From Synergistaceae bacterium (lineage in GTDB: Bacteria; Synergistota; Synergistia; Synergistales; Aminobacteriaceae): a DNA stretch of 64,000 bases. A program made the translations under genes and the position numbers. The stretch covers positions 4,617 through 68,616 of the forward strand of contig JAAYLU010000015.1 of assembly GCA_012521675.1 (NCBI GenBank). The letters are read 5' to 3'. The notes under the pieces were generated by a model. It did no database searches. It was given only the letters and a program-made list of their open reading frames with translations, and was not told the DNA's origin. Positions 9,102 through 16,936 of this stretch are shown in pieces. The first letter of the stretch is position 1; the number at the start of each line of letters is the position of its first letter.

Positions 9102-10750
9102 CGAGCTTGTTAGAAGAGGTCTCGATAAAAAATGTAGGAGGCATCTCCCGTGCCTGCATGTCCTTCGAGCCGGGCTTCACGGCGATCACGGGCGAGAGCG
9201 GCGCGGGAAAGAGCAGCCTGGTCAGGGCCCTGGAGCTCATCGGGGGCGGCAGGAGCCAGGCCGTATTCATACGATCCGGGGAGAACGAGGCATCGGTGGA
9301 GGGCGTCTTCATCGAAAAAGAGAATGATCAAAACGAGGCGTTGACGACGGCTCGCAGGATCCTGTCAAAGACCGGCCGAAACCGCTGTTACTACCAGCAG
9401 GAGAGAGTGCCTTTCTCCGCCTTCTCCAAGCTGATGAACGACAGGATGAGAATACAGAGCCAGTTCGCGCAGATGGAGCTGCTGAATCCCAAGAGACAGC
9501 TGGACATAGTGGACTTCTGCGGAGGCGAAGAGATCGAGCGGATACGGCTCGCCCTCAAGGACTCATTCGATGAAGCCCTTCAGTGCGACAGGGAACTGAG
9601 GACGTTGAAAGCAAAGGAGAATGAGCAGAAACTGCGGTTTCAAGACGCGGAGGCGATAGTGGACGCGATCCGGCCGCTCGACATCTTCCCCGGCTGCGAT
9701 ATCCTGTGGGAGAAGGAGCTTGAGGAAAAGAGCCACTCCGCCCTGCAAGCTGCGAAGGTAAGAGGAATACTCCTGGAGCTGACGGGAGGCGCCGCAGGCG
9801 AAGGATTGCTCGCGAGGCTGGAGTCCCTCGGCCTTGAACTGATCCGGCGCCTCTCCCTGAACAGGACGGATGACGACGCTCGCTTCAACGAGGGAATTTC
9901 CTCCTTCCACTCCTTTTTCGATTCCATCCGGTCAAAGGTATCCGACTTGTCGCCCGAGGCGATCGAACTGGAACTGGGAGCGCTGGAGAAAAAGCTAGGC
10001 ATCCTGAGAAAGGCCAAGCGAGCCGCAGGGACTAGAACCGCCGAGGAGCTGATCTCATGGACCTCGGAGGCCGAGAATGCGATCCTATGGCTAAGAGAGG
10101 CCTCCACCCTATCCTCTGCCCTCGTGGACCGGGCTAAAAGGCTTAGGCGCCAAACGAGTTCTTTGGCCATGGAACTCAGGGGGCTTCGCCAGAGCGCGGC
10201 CGGTCTGCTCGAATCATCGGTGAACAGGCACTTGAAGGACTTGGGCATGGCGGAAAGCATCTTTTTCGCCCGGGTCATACCCCTGAACAGGATCAGGAGC
10301 GACGGGGCCGACGATGTGTCCTTCACTCTGTCGTCAAGCGGCGCCCCGGAGACCCCGGTCGACAAGTCCGCCTCGGGAGGAGAGTTGAGCCGGATCCTGC
10401 TGGCTCTGCAACTCTCCCTTCCGGAGGAGACTCTTCCCCCTACGCTGGTCTTCGACGAAGTGGAGGCCGGTCTCGGGGGGAGAGCGGCTCTGCTCGCCGG
10501 CTACAAGCTTCTTGCCCTGTCGAAAAAAACCCAGGTCCTCCTGGTAACCCACGAGGCGACGATCGCGGCCCTTGCGGACTGTCATTATCACGTGCACAAG
10601 GGTAAAGAGGAGATCGAGATCAAAAGACTGGAAAAGGAAGAGCGAATTATCGAGCTCGCCCGGATGCTTTCAGGGGACTCCGACCTTCCGGAGGCGCGCG
10701 AACATGCGGAGCGACTTCTGCTGTCGGCTCGCATCGAAACACCCTTCTGA
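9098..10750 (+). CDS. recN: DNA repair protein RecN
   Basis: SMC-like N-terminus (ITGESGAGKSS), long coiled coil, C-terminal ASGGELSR signature and Walker B LVFDEVEAG. GTGA overlap with the nadK stop. Confidence 0.93.
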   Translation: MTSLLEEVSIKNVGGISRACMSFEPGFTAITGESGAGKSSLVRALELIGGGRSQAVFIRSGENEASVEGVFIEKENDQNEALTTARRILSKTGRNRCYYQQERVPFSAFSKLMNDRMRIQSQFAQMELLNPKRQLDIVDFCGGEEIERIRLALKDSFDEALQCDRELRTLKAKENEQKLRFQDAEAIVDAIRPLDIFPGCDILWEKELEEKSHSALQAAKVRGILLELTGGAAGEGLLARLESLGLELIRRLSLNRTDDDARFNEGISSFHSFFDSIRSKVSDLSPEAIELELGALEKKLGILRKAKRAAGTRTAEELISWTSEAENAILWLREASTLSSALVDRAKRLRRQTSSLAMELRGLRQSAAGLLESSVNRHLKDLGMAESIFFARVIPLNRIRSDGADDVSFTLSSSGAPETPVDKSASGGELSRILLALQLSLPEETLPPTLVFDEVEAGLGGRAALLAGYKLLALSKKTQVLLVTHEATIAALADCHYHVHKGKEEIEIKRLEKEERIIELARMLSGDSDLPEAREHAERLLLSARIETPF

Positions 10751-10808
10751 CCGATCCGGAACGCCGATGAGACCGGCTTTCTACTGCTCATGGTCGCCGA
10801 GGTCATAT

Positions 10809-10837
10809 TTGACAATCCCTGTCCTGCTTCGTATAAT
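10809..10837 (+). promoter_or_regulatory. sigma-70-type promoter of rplU-prp-rpmA (TTGACA-17 nt-TATAAT)
   Basis: Perfect -35 TTGACA (10809-10814) and -10 TATAAT (10832-10837) with a 17-nt spacer, about 80 nt upstream of the rplU ATG. Confidence 0.55.
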
Positions 10838-10918
10838 GCTTCGGTTGGAAGGAATAATCGCTCGGAGCGGGTAAAAGCGGAATCTCCGCACCTGAGGTCC
10901 GGCGGGAGGAGGAAAAGC

Positions 10919-11236
10919 ATGTACATGATAGTTGAAACCTGCGGCAAGCAGTACAAAGTCCAGGAGGGCGACCTGCTCAAGGTCGAATCGCTTGGACTCG
11001 AGGAGGGCGCCAATGTAGTCTTCGACAAGGTGCTGCTGGTAGGTAAGGATGACGCGACCGTTGTAGGCGCTCCTTACGTGGAGGGGGCATCCGTGAGCGC
11101 GTCGGTAAAGCAGAACGGCAGAGATCCGAAGATTATAGTCTTCAAATACAAGAGCAAGAAAAACTACAGGCGTAAAAAGGGTCACAGGCAGCATTTCTCC
11201 GAGATTCGCATCGATTCCCTCAACTTCGGAGGATAG
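10919..11236 (+). CDS. rplU: 50S ribosomal protein L21
   Basis: MYMIVETCGKQYKVQEGD... is the canonical L21 N-terminus. ATG at 10919 follows GGAGGAGG; the ORF-track start at 10790 is an extension. Confidence 0.92.
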   Translation: MYMIVETCGKQYKVQEGDLLKVESLGLEEGANVVFDKVLLVGKDDATVVGAPYVEGASVSASVKQNGRDPKIIVFKYKSKKNYRRKKGHRQHFSEIRIDSLNFGG

Positions 11237-11238
11237 TC

Positions 11239-11580
11239 TTGACGGAGATCACCGTCGTTTACGACGGAAGGCGGCCGATTGCCCTTGATGCGAAGGGGCA
11301 CTCGGGTTACGCCGAAAAGGGTGGAGACATAGTATGCGCCGGCGTCTCCGTTCTGTTGCAGACCCTTCTTTACGGCTTCGAACAGGTTCTGACATCGAAT
11401 AGCTTCAAGTCGTTCGTGGATAAGAGAGAGACCGTCATGTCAATGGACTGGAGGTTTACTCCATTGAATGAATCGAGCCTGCTCGTGGAGGCTATAATCG
11501 GTTCGCTGAAGAATATCGCCCGGGATTATCCGGAGCATGTCCGAATTTTGGAGGTACAAGTGAATGAACAGGACTTTTGA
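11239..11580 (+). CDS. prp: ribosomal-processing cysteine protease Prp
   Basis: [20 protein letters not shown] (Prp/DUF464 catalytic His/Cys region). Conserved position between rplU and rpmA. Confidence 0.85.
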   Translation: MTEITVVYDGRRPIALDAKGHSGYAEKGGDIVCAGVSVLLQTLLYGFEQVLTSNSFKSFVDKRETVMSMDWRFTPLNESSLLVEAIIGSLKNIARDYPEHVRILEVQVNEQDF

Positions 11581-11851
11581 CCTGCAGTTCTTCGCCCACA
11601 AAAAGGGTCAGGGCAGCAGCGCAAACGGCAGAGACAGCGATGGGAAGAGGCTCGGAATAAAGATCTACGCGGGCCAGACGGTCAGGGCAGGCAATATCCT
11701 TGTGCGCCAGAGAGGCACTAGGATCCACCCGGGGAAAAATGTAGGACTCGGGAGGGACTACACGATCTTCGCCAAATGCCCGGGAAGAGTGCTGTACGAG
11801 ACCAAGGGAAGAAAGAAAGTCGTTTCGGTCGTAATGGATGCGGCTGAATAG
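11564..11851 (+). CDS. rpmA: 50S ribosomal protein L27 (with N-terminal pro-peptide)
   Basis: [25 protein letters not shown]... is L27 with the FF/A Prp cleavage motif. ATG follows GGAGGT. Confidence 0.95.
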   Translation: MNRTFDLQFFAHKKGQGSSANGRDSDGKRLGIKIYAGQTVRAGNILVRQRGTRIHPGKNVGLGRDYTIFAKCPGRVLYETKGRKKVVSVVMDAAE

Positions 11852-11999
11852 GCCGTTCCGAGTTTTTTTTCAACAAGGACCATCCAAGGGCCTTACCATC
11901 TCCTTAAGATCGGACCGTCTGTTTTCACATCGGTGCCCGCCCTTGGGGGGATTAAAAGGGTCCTTGATTTTTTAAGGGCGCTGATGCGCTGGTGATGTC

Positions 12000-13370
12000 A
12001 TGAAATTTGTGGACTTTGCTAAAATTTCCGTCCGTGGAGGACGAGGAGGCGACGGATGCCTCAGCTTCCGACGGGAGAAGTTCGTCCCCAAGGGGGGGCC
12101 TGACGGCGGCGACGGGGGAAGAGGCGGCGACGTTGTTCTTCTGGCGACCGCGGGTTCCCTCACACTCGCCGATTTCGACTACAAAAAGCTCTTCCAGGGG
12201 GGCAACGGGGAGTCCGGCAAGGGCAGTATGAAGACGGGGAAGGCGGGCAAGGATACCATCGTGAATGTCCCCTGCGGCACGATCGTCTACGACGAGGATA
12301 CCGGTGAAATGACAGCGGACCTCGTCGAGCCTGGAGACAGGGTGATTGTGGCCAAGGGAGGGCGCCCCGGAAGGGGAAACGCTCATTTCGCGAACTCCGT
12401 CAGAAAGGCGCCCCGTTTCGCGGAGAGAGGCGACGATGGCGAGGAATTTTCCCTGCTCCTGGAGCTGAAGCTGATAGCCGACGTCGCCCTGGTCGGCATT
12501 CCCAACGCCGGGAAATCCAGCCTTCTCTCGGCAATATCTTCCGCGCGCCCCAAGATCGCCGGGTACCCCTTCACGACCCTGTCGCCCAATCTCGGCGTTC
12601 TTTCCGTGGACGACCAAAAGATCGTGATCGCGGACGTTCCCGGGCTGATAGAGGGAGCTCACCAGAATCGGGGACTGGGCATTCTATTTCTCAGGCACGT
12701 CGAGCGAACTCGTTTTCTCGTGCACGTCCTTGACCTCGCCTCCGGCACGCCCGACGAGATAATAGAGCAGTGGCGGGTGATAAGAAAGGAATTCGAGGAA
12801 TACTCCGATCTGGAAAAAGATGAAAACACCGACCTGCTGTTTCGAGACGACCTCCGGGAACGGCCGTATATAGTGCTTGGGAACAAGCTGGATCTGGATG
12901 CAGCCCGAGAGAACGATGCCAAGGTCAGATCATTTTTTGCCGGAGAGAATCTTCCATACTACTCGGCAAGCGCCCTGACCGGAGAGAATATCCAGGAGTT
13001 CATACAGGTCATAGCCGATTTCGCCAGGGAGACCGCGCGACACGAGGGACCGACCAGGCTAGTACCGTTGAAGACCGAGACGAGGGATCTGCCCGTAAAG
13101 AGAGGACGCCTGCGTCCCGTGTCCATAATCAGGCTTGAGGACGGCTCCGGATTCCGCGTGGTGCACTCAAACCTTGAAAAAACAGTCTCCCGTTACAACT
13201 TCGACCATGAAGACGCGCTGCCGAGGTTCGCCCGGCTGGTGAAAAAGTTCCAGATAGAGGAGAAACTTGAGGAAATGGGCGCCGTAAAAGGTGATAAAGT
13301 CTATATAGGTGACATAGAATTCGATTTCGAACCCGACATGGCTTTCGCGACCAAGTCGGGCAATAGGTGA
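12000..13370 (+). CDS. obg: GTPase Obg/CgtA
   Basis: Gly-rich Obg fold (GGRGGDGC...GGDGGRGGDV), G1 GIPNAGKSS, G3 DVPGLIEGA, and a C-terminal OCT/TGS-like extension. Confidence 0.95.
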   Translation: MKFVDFAKISVRGGRGGDGCLSFRREKFVPKGGPDGGDGGRGGDVVLLATAGSLTLADFDYKKLFQGGNGESGKGSMKTGKAGKDTIVNVPCGTIVYDEDTGEMTADLVEPGDRVIVAKGGRPGRGNAHFANSVRKAPRFAERGDDGEEFSLLLELKLIADVALVGIPNAGKSSLLSAISSARPKIAGYPFTTLSPNLGVLSVDDQKIVIADVPGLIEGAHQNRGLGILFLRHVERTRFLVHVLDLASGTPDEIIEQWRVIRKEFEEYSDLEKDENTDLLFRDDLRERPYIVLGNKLDLDAARENDAKVRSFFAGENLPYYSASALTGENIQEFIQVIADFARETARHEGPTRLVPLKTETRDLPVKRGRLRPVSIIRLEDGSGFRVVHSNLEKTVSRYNFDHEDALPRFARLVKKFQIEEKLEEMGAVKGDKVYIGDIEFDFEPDMAFATKSGNR

Positions 13371-13404
13371 AGTTTGTAGAGTTCAACCCGGAGGAGCCAT
13401 CACC

Positions 13405-14049
13405 GTGTCAAACAAAAACAAGAATGTCCCAAGGAATATCGGAATCATGGGGGGCACTTTTGATCCAATCCACTTCGGGCATCTCCTCGCGGCGGAGGAG
13501 AGCAGGACGATGGTGGGGTTGGACGAGGTGATCTTTGTCCCGGCGGGAGATCCGGCTCACAAGAGGCTTCGCAGGGTCGCACCCAGCGAGAGCAGGTTTG
13601 TGATGACACTCTTGGCGACTCTCGGAAATCCGGATTTCACCCCGTCAAGAATCGAGATCGACAGGCACGAACCCAGTCATACGGTGGACACTCTTCGTGA
13701 GATGCAACACTGGTACTCTCCCGACGAGGTGGTCTTCTATTTCATCACGGGACTGGACGCAGTGATCAACATAACCACTTGGAAAGAATATGCCGAGCTC
13801 CCTGAACTGTGCAAAATCGTGGCGGTGAACAGGCCGGGTTATGCGAAAAAGGAGTTGGACGCACTTCCCCAAGAGCTGAAAAATGCGATCATCCCTCTGG
13901 AGATTCCTCTACTGTCCATCTCGAGCACGGAGATACGAAGGCGAGTAGAGGAGGGGAGAAGCGTAAAATACCTCCTCCCTGAAGCGGTGGAGCAGTACAT
14001 CTTGAAAAACGGGCTCTACCGGAAGAACAGCAGGAGGACCGGGAGATGA
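13405..14049 (+). CDS. nadD: nicotinate-nucleotide adenylyltransferase
   Basis: GIMGGTFDPIHFGHL (HxGH nucleotidyltransferase motif) and ISSTEIR. GTG start follows GGAGGAG. Confidence 0.92.
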   Translation: MSNKNKNVPRNIGIMGGTFDPIHFGHLLAAEESRTMVGLDEVIFVPAGDPAHKRLRRVAPSESRFVMTLLATLGNPDFTPSRIEIDRHEPSHTVDTLREMQHWYSPDEVVFYFITGLDAVINITTWKEYAELPELCKIVAVNRPGYAKKELDALPQELKNAIIPLEIPLLSISSTEIRRRVEEGRSVKYLLPEAVEQYILKNGLYRKNSRRTGR

Positions 14050-15317
14050 AGATACTACGAATCGCCGCGATCGTACTCGTGATCATCGGGTCCGCACTTG
14101 CCGGAGCGGCGTTCAAGGTCAAAACGTTCGTCGAGCCGAAGCCTCAGACAATAAAGGAATCGATCTCCTTCGCCGAGGAGTCAGGAACGATAAACATTCT
14201 GCTCATCGGAATCGACGAGGTAGACGGAGGAAGACGAGCCGACGCCATCGCCTTCACCACAATCGACATAGATGGAAAGATCACGCGCTTCATGTCAATA
14301 CCCCGCGACACACGAGTGCAGCTTCCCAGGAAGGGCTGGGACAAGATTGCGCATGCATACGCTTACGGAGGGGTGGACCTCCTTCGTGAAACGGTCGTCA
14401 ACTACCTGGGTCTGCCGATAAATTACTACATCCTGGTAAACTACGACACCTTTCCGGCCATAGTGAACCTGATAGGCGGAGTAGAGATGGACGTGGCCAC
14501 CAACATGGTCTACAACGACTATTCTGGAAAATTATTTATCAATATAAAAAAAGGGCGACAGCTGCTTGACGGGAAGAACGCCCTTCATTACGTTCGATTC
14601 AGACATGACGCGCAGGGAGACATTGGGCGAGTGAAGCGTCAGCAGGATTTCGTAAAAGCCGTGCTGGAGAAGCTGCAAAGCCCGTCTATGATTCCCAAGA
14701 TTCCTGAGCTTGCCGCCAAGGTGATAGAGATGATCAACTCCGACATGACCCCCGCGCAAGGCCTTCAGCTCGCATCCTACATGGTATCGATGCCCAGTGA
14801 AAATTTTCACTTTTTTACTCTGCCGGGAAAAGCGGCATACATATCCAACCTTAGCTACTGGGTGGGGGACACGATGGCGGCGTCCAAACTCCTGACGGAC
14901 ATCCTCGAGGAGCATGACGATCCCGAGCCCGGCGAGGGAGAGGAGGGCATCCTGGCCGATACGGACAAGGTCGACATCGAGGCGATGGTCTCATCCATAA
15001 GCACTCCGGTCGCCGTACTTAACGGGGCCGGGACGGCAGGTCTCGGGAAGACCGTGGCCACGGCGTTGCAGAAGATAGGCATCGACGTGCAACACATCGG
15101 CAACGCGCGCCACTTCGACTATCGCTCGACCTCGATACATCTGCCCTCGAACCCGGCGGAAGAGGTGGTGGATACGGGCAAAACCCTGGCGACCCTGCTG
15201 GGCATAAGCTCCGCCCTTGTCTCCCGGACGCCGAATGTCACTCATGCCACTATTGTGATCGGCAAGGACAACTCTACGGTTTTAGGTCGTCTTGAGAAGC
15301 TTGCCAGCCGGAAATAG
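14046..15317 (+). CDS. LytR-CpsA-Psr (LCP) family protein with LytR_C-like tail
   Basis: N-terminal TM helix, then NILLIGIDE...RADAI...SIPRDT...NYYILVNY LCP core, then a C-terminal LytR_C-like domain (VAVLNGAGTAGLG). ATGA overlap with nadD. Confidence 0.85.
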   Translation: MKILRIAAIVLVIIGSALAGAAFKVKTFVEPKPQTIKESISFAEESGTINILLIGIDEVDGGRRADAIAFTTIDIDGKITRFMSIPRDTRVQLPRKGWDKIAHAYAYGGVDLLRETVVNYLGLPINYYILVNYDTFPAIVNLIGGVEMDVATNMVYNDYSGKLFINIKKGRQLLDGKNALHYVRFRHDAQGDIGRVKRQQDFVKAVLEKLQSPSMIPKIPELAAKVIEMINSDMTPAQGLQLASYMVSMPSENFHFFTLPGKAAYISNLSYWVGDTMAASKLLTDILEEHDDPEPGEGEEGILADTDKVDIEAMVSSISTPVAVLNGAGTAGLGKTVATALQKIGIDVQHIGNARHFDYRSTSIHLPSNPAEEVVDTGKTLATLLGISSALVSRTPNVTHATIVIGKDNSTVLGRLEKLASRK

Positions 15318-15347
15318 CGGCCGCAAAGACCTGAAGGAGGATGACTA

Positions 15348-15707
15348 TTGAATAACCAGGAAACCGGGTTGAAGAAGTTCGAGTTTCTTTACGAGGCGCT
15401 CGCTGACAAAAGAGGATTTGATATCGTGGCACTGGACTTGGGGAACACCTCCGCGGTCTCCGACATATTCGTCCTCGTCACGGCCAACTCCGACCTGCAC
15501 ATGGACACTCTGAGAGACACCGCGCTCGAGACCCTTCGCCTTCACGGCTACAGCACGAAAACCGAGGGAAATGACAGCGCAAGGTGGAGGCTGATCGACG
15601 CTGACGAACTGGCAGTGCATATCTTCAACAAGAGCGGGAGAAGCTTCTACAACCTTGAGAAGATCTGGGGAGACGCTGATACCTACCGTTACGAGTACCA
15701 GGACTGA
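15348..15707 (+). CDS. rsfS: ribosome silencing factor RsfS (iojap)
   Basis: ALADKRGFDIVALDL...SDIFVLVTANS...W.LID...VHIF pattern of RsfS. TTG start follows GAAGGAGGA. Confidence 0.9.
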   Translation: MNNQETGLKKFEFLYEALADKRGFDIVALDLGNTSAVSDIFVLVTANSDLHMDTLRDTALETLRLHGYSTKTEGNDSARWRLIDADELAVHIFNKSGRSFYNLEKIWGDADTYRYEYQD

Positions 15708-15739
15708 CTAGTGAAGCCTCTTCCTGTCATCCCTACGAC

Positions 15740-15762
15740 CGAACGGGCGGTTCTCCCGTTCG
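15740..15762 (+). terminator. weak hairpin downstream of rsfS (CGAACGGG-7 nt-CCCGTTCG), no U-tract
   Basis: 8-bp inverted repeat 33 nt after the rsfS stop. The arms carry the same CCGTTCG core as the downstream repeat array. Confidence 0.3.
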
Positions 15763-15846
15763 TGTCGATCCCTATCCAGAGGAGCCATAGGCGACTAAGA
15801 GAGATCTCATCTTGACAGCCGAGGTAAAACAAGAGATCCCTCCGTC

Positions 15847-16080
15847 GCTGCGCTCCGTTCGGGATGACAAAAAGGCAAGCGCTTCGATCGGGATGGCAAA
15901 AAGGCAAGCGCTTCGTTCGGCACGAAAAAATGGCGAGCTGCCGCTCAGAATGACATAAAAAGGGCGCCGCTCTGTCCGGGATGATAAATGCCGAACATCG
16001 CTCCTTTCGGTACGAAAGATGGGCGAGGTACCGTTCGGGATAACGGAAGAGCGGCGCTTCGTTCGAAAAAATGTCCTGAG
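15847..16080. repeat. degenerate head-to-tail tandem array, 8 units of 23-35 bp
   Basis: Units start at 15847, 15879, 15908, 15943, 15969, 16000, 16033 and 16056. Units 1-2 are near identical (GCGCTyCGwTCGGGATGrCAAAAAGGCAA), and later units decay around the core TTCGGGATGA...AAA. Confidence 0.7.
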
Positions 16081-16082
16081 AA

Positions 16083-16110
16083 ATGTCCTATAATATATCT
16101 TATGTTACAT
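16083..16110. other. dif: candidate dif site (XerC/XerD chromosome dimer resolution site)
   Basis: ATGTCCTATAA-TATATC-TTATGTTACAT has 11-6-11 architecture. The right arm matches the E. coli XerD arm TTATGTTAAAT at 10/11, and the whole site matches B. subtilis dif at 20/28. It lies at the convergent strand switch. Confidence 0.5.
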
Positions 16111-16916
16111 TATGCCTCTGAATCGGCCTTCTTTCTGTAGTTCTCGTATATGGCCAAGAACGGCCCCACTTTCAGGGAGGCTCCTCCCACTAGCGCTCCG
16201 TCTATGTCGGGCTGAGAAAGCAGCTCCGCGGAGTTCGTCTCCTTGACGCTGCCTCCGTAAAGCACCGGGCAGTTCGACGTCCCTCCGAATCTTTCCTTGA
16301 AAACCTCCCTTGAAAAGGCGCAGGCCTCCTGTGCGTCCCCGGGCTCGGCGTTGCGCCCTGTCCCTATGGCCCATACCGGCTCGTAGGCCAGCAGCATGGC
16401 GGGGGCTCCTCCTTCGCCCGCGACCTCCTCTGGGAGTATGTCCTTGAAGGCCTCGCTCAGCTGGTGCTTTATCACGTCGAAGGTCCGCCCCGCCTCTCTC
16501 TGTTCGAGCGTCTCTCCGAAGCATAGGACGGGGACGAGTCCGCAATTCAGGGCGTATTTCAGCTTGAGAGCCACGGCATCATCCGTCTCTCCGAATATGC
16601 TCCTGCGCTCGCTGTGTCCTACCAGTATGTGAGTACAGCCGATAGCCAGTATCATGTCCATCGACACGGCCCCGGTGAACGCTCCCTTTTCCTCGGGCCA
16701 TCCATCCTGCGCGCCCGCCCTGAAGAGTTCCCCTCCCGCAAGGGAAGCGACCACCGGCGCTATGGATATGAAGGGCGGGAATATGCCTATTTCAATCCTT
16801 TTCTCCCCGTAAAGGGGGCCCTTTGCGCCGGACAGAATCTCCTTGCAGAAGTCCTCTGCATCGGCAGGCAGGTGGTTCATCTTCCAATTTCCGTAGAGGT
16901 AGATCTTTTTCTCCAT
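16110..16916 (-). CDS. tpiA: triosephosphate isomerase
   Basis: YGNWKMN, ILVGHSERR and AYEPVWAIGTG signature blocks. Confidence 0.95.
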   Translation of the reverse strand: MEKKIYLYGNWKMNHLPADAEDFCKEILSGAKGPLYGEKRIEIGIFPPFISIAPVVASLAGGELFRAGAQDGWPEEKGAFTGAVSMDMILAIGCTHILVGHSERRSIFGETDDAVALKLKYALNCGLVPVLCFGETLEQREAGRTFDVIKHQLSEAFKDILPEEVAGEGGAPAMLLAYEPVWAIGTGRNAEPGDAQEACAFSREVFKERFGGTSNCPVLYGGSVKETNSAELLSQPDIDGALVGGASLKVGPFLAIYENYRKKADSEA

Positions 16917-16936
16917 TATGAGTCACTCCTTCCGTC

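Noticed and set aside
11841-11870. Possible intrinsic terminator after rpmA (CGGC...GCCG followed by T8)
   Set aside because: The stem is only 4 bp and is separated from the T-run by 7 nt. I could not build a convincing hairpin by hand.
11884-11946. Long-range inverted repeat CCAAGGGC...GCCCTTGG in the rpmA-obg spacer (possible structured RNA)
   Set aside because: It is a single 8-bp pairing around a 47-nt interior with no further nested helices that I could find. That is insufficient to call an RNA element.
15847-16080. Possible CRISPR array (two near-identical 29-bp repeats)
   Set aside because: The units are contiguous with no unique spacers, they decay rapidly, and no cas genes are present in the window. 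It is reported instead as a degenerate tandem repeat.
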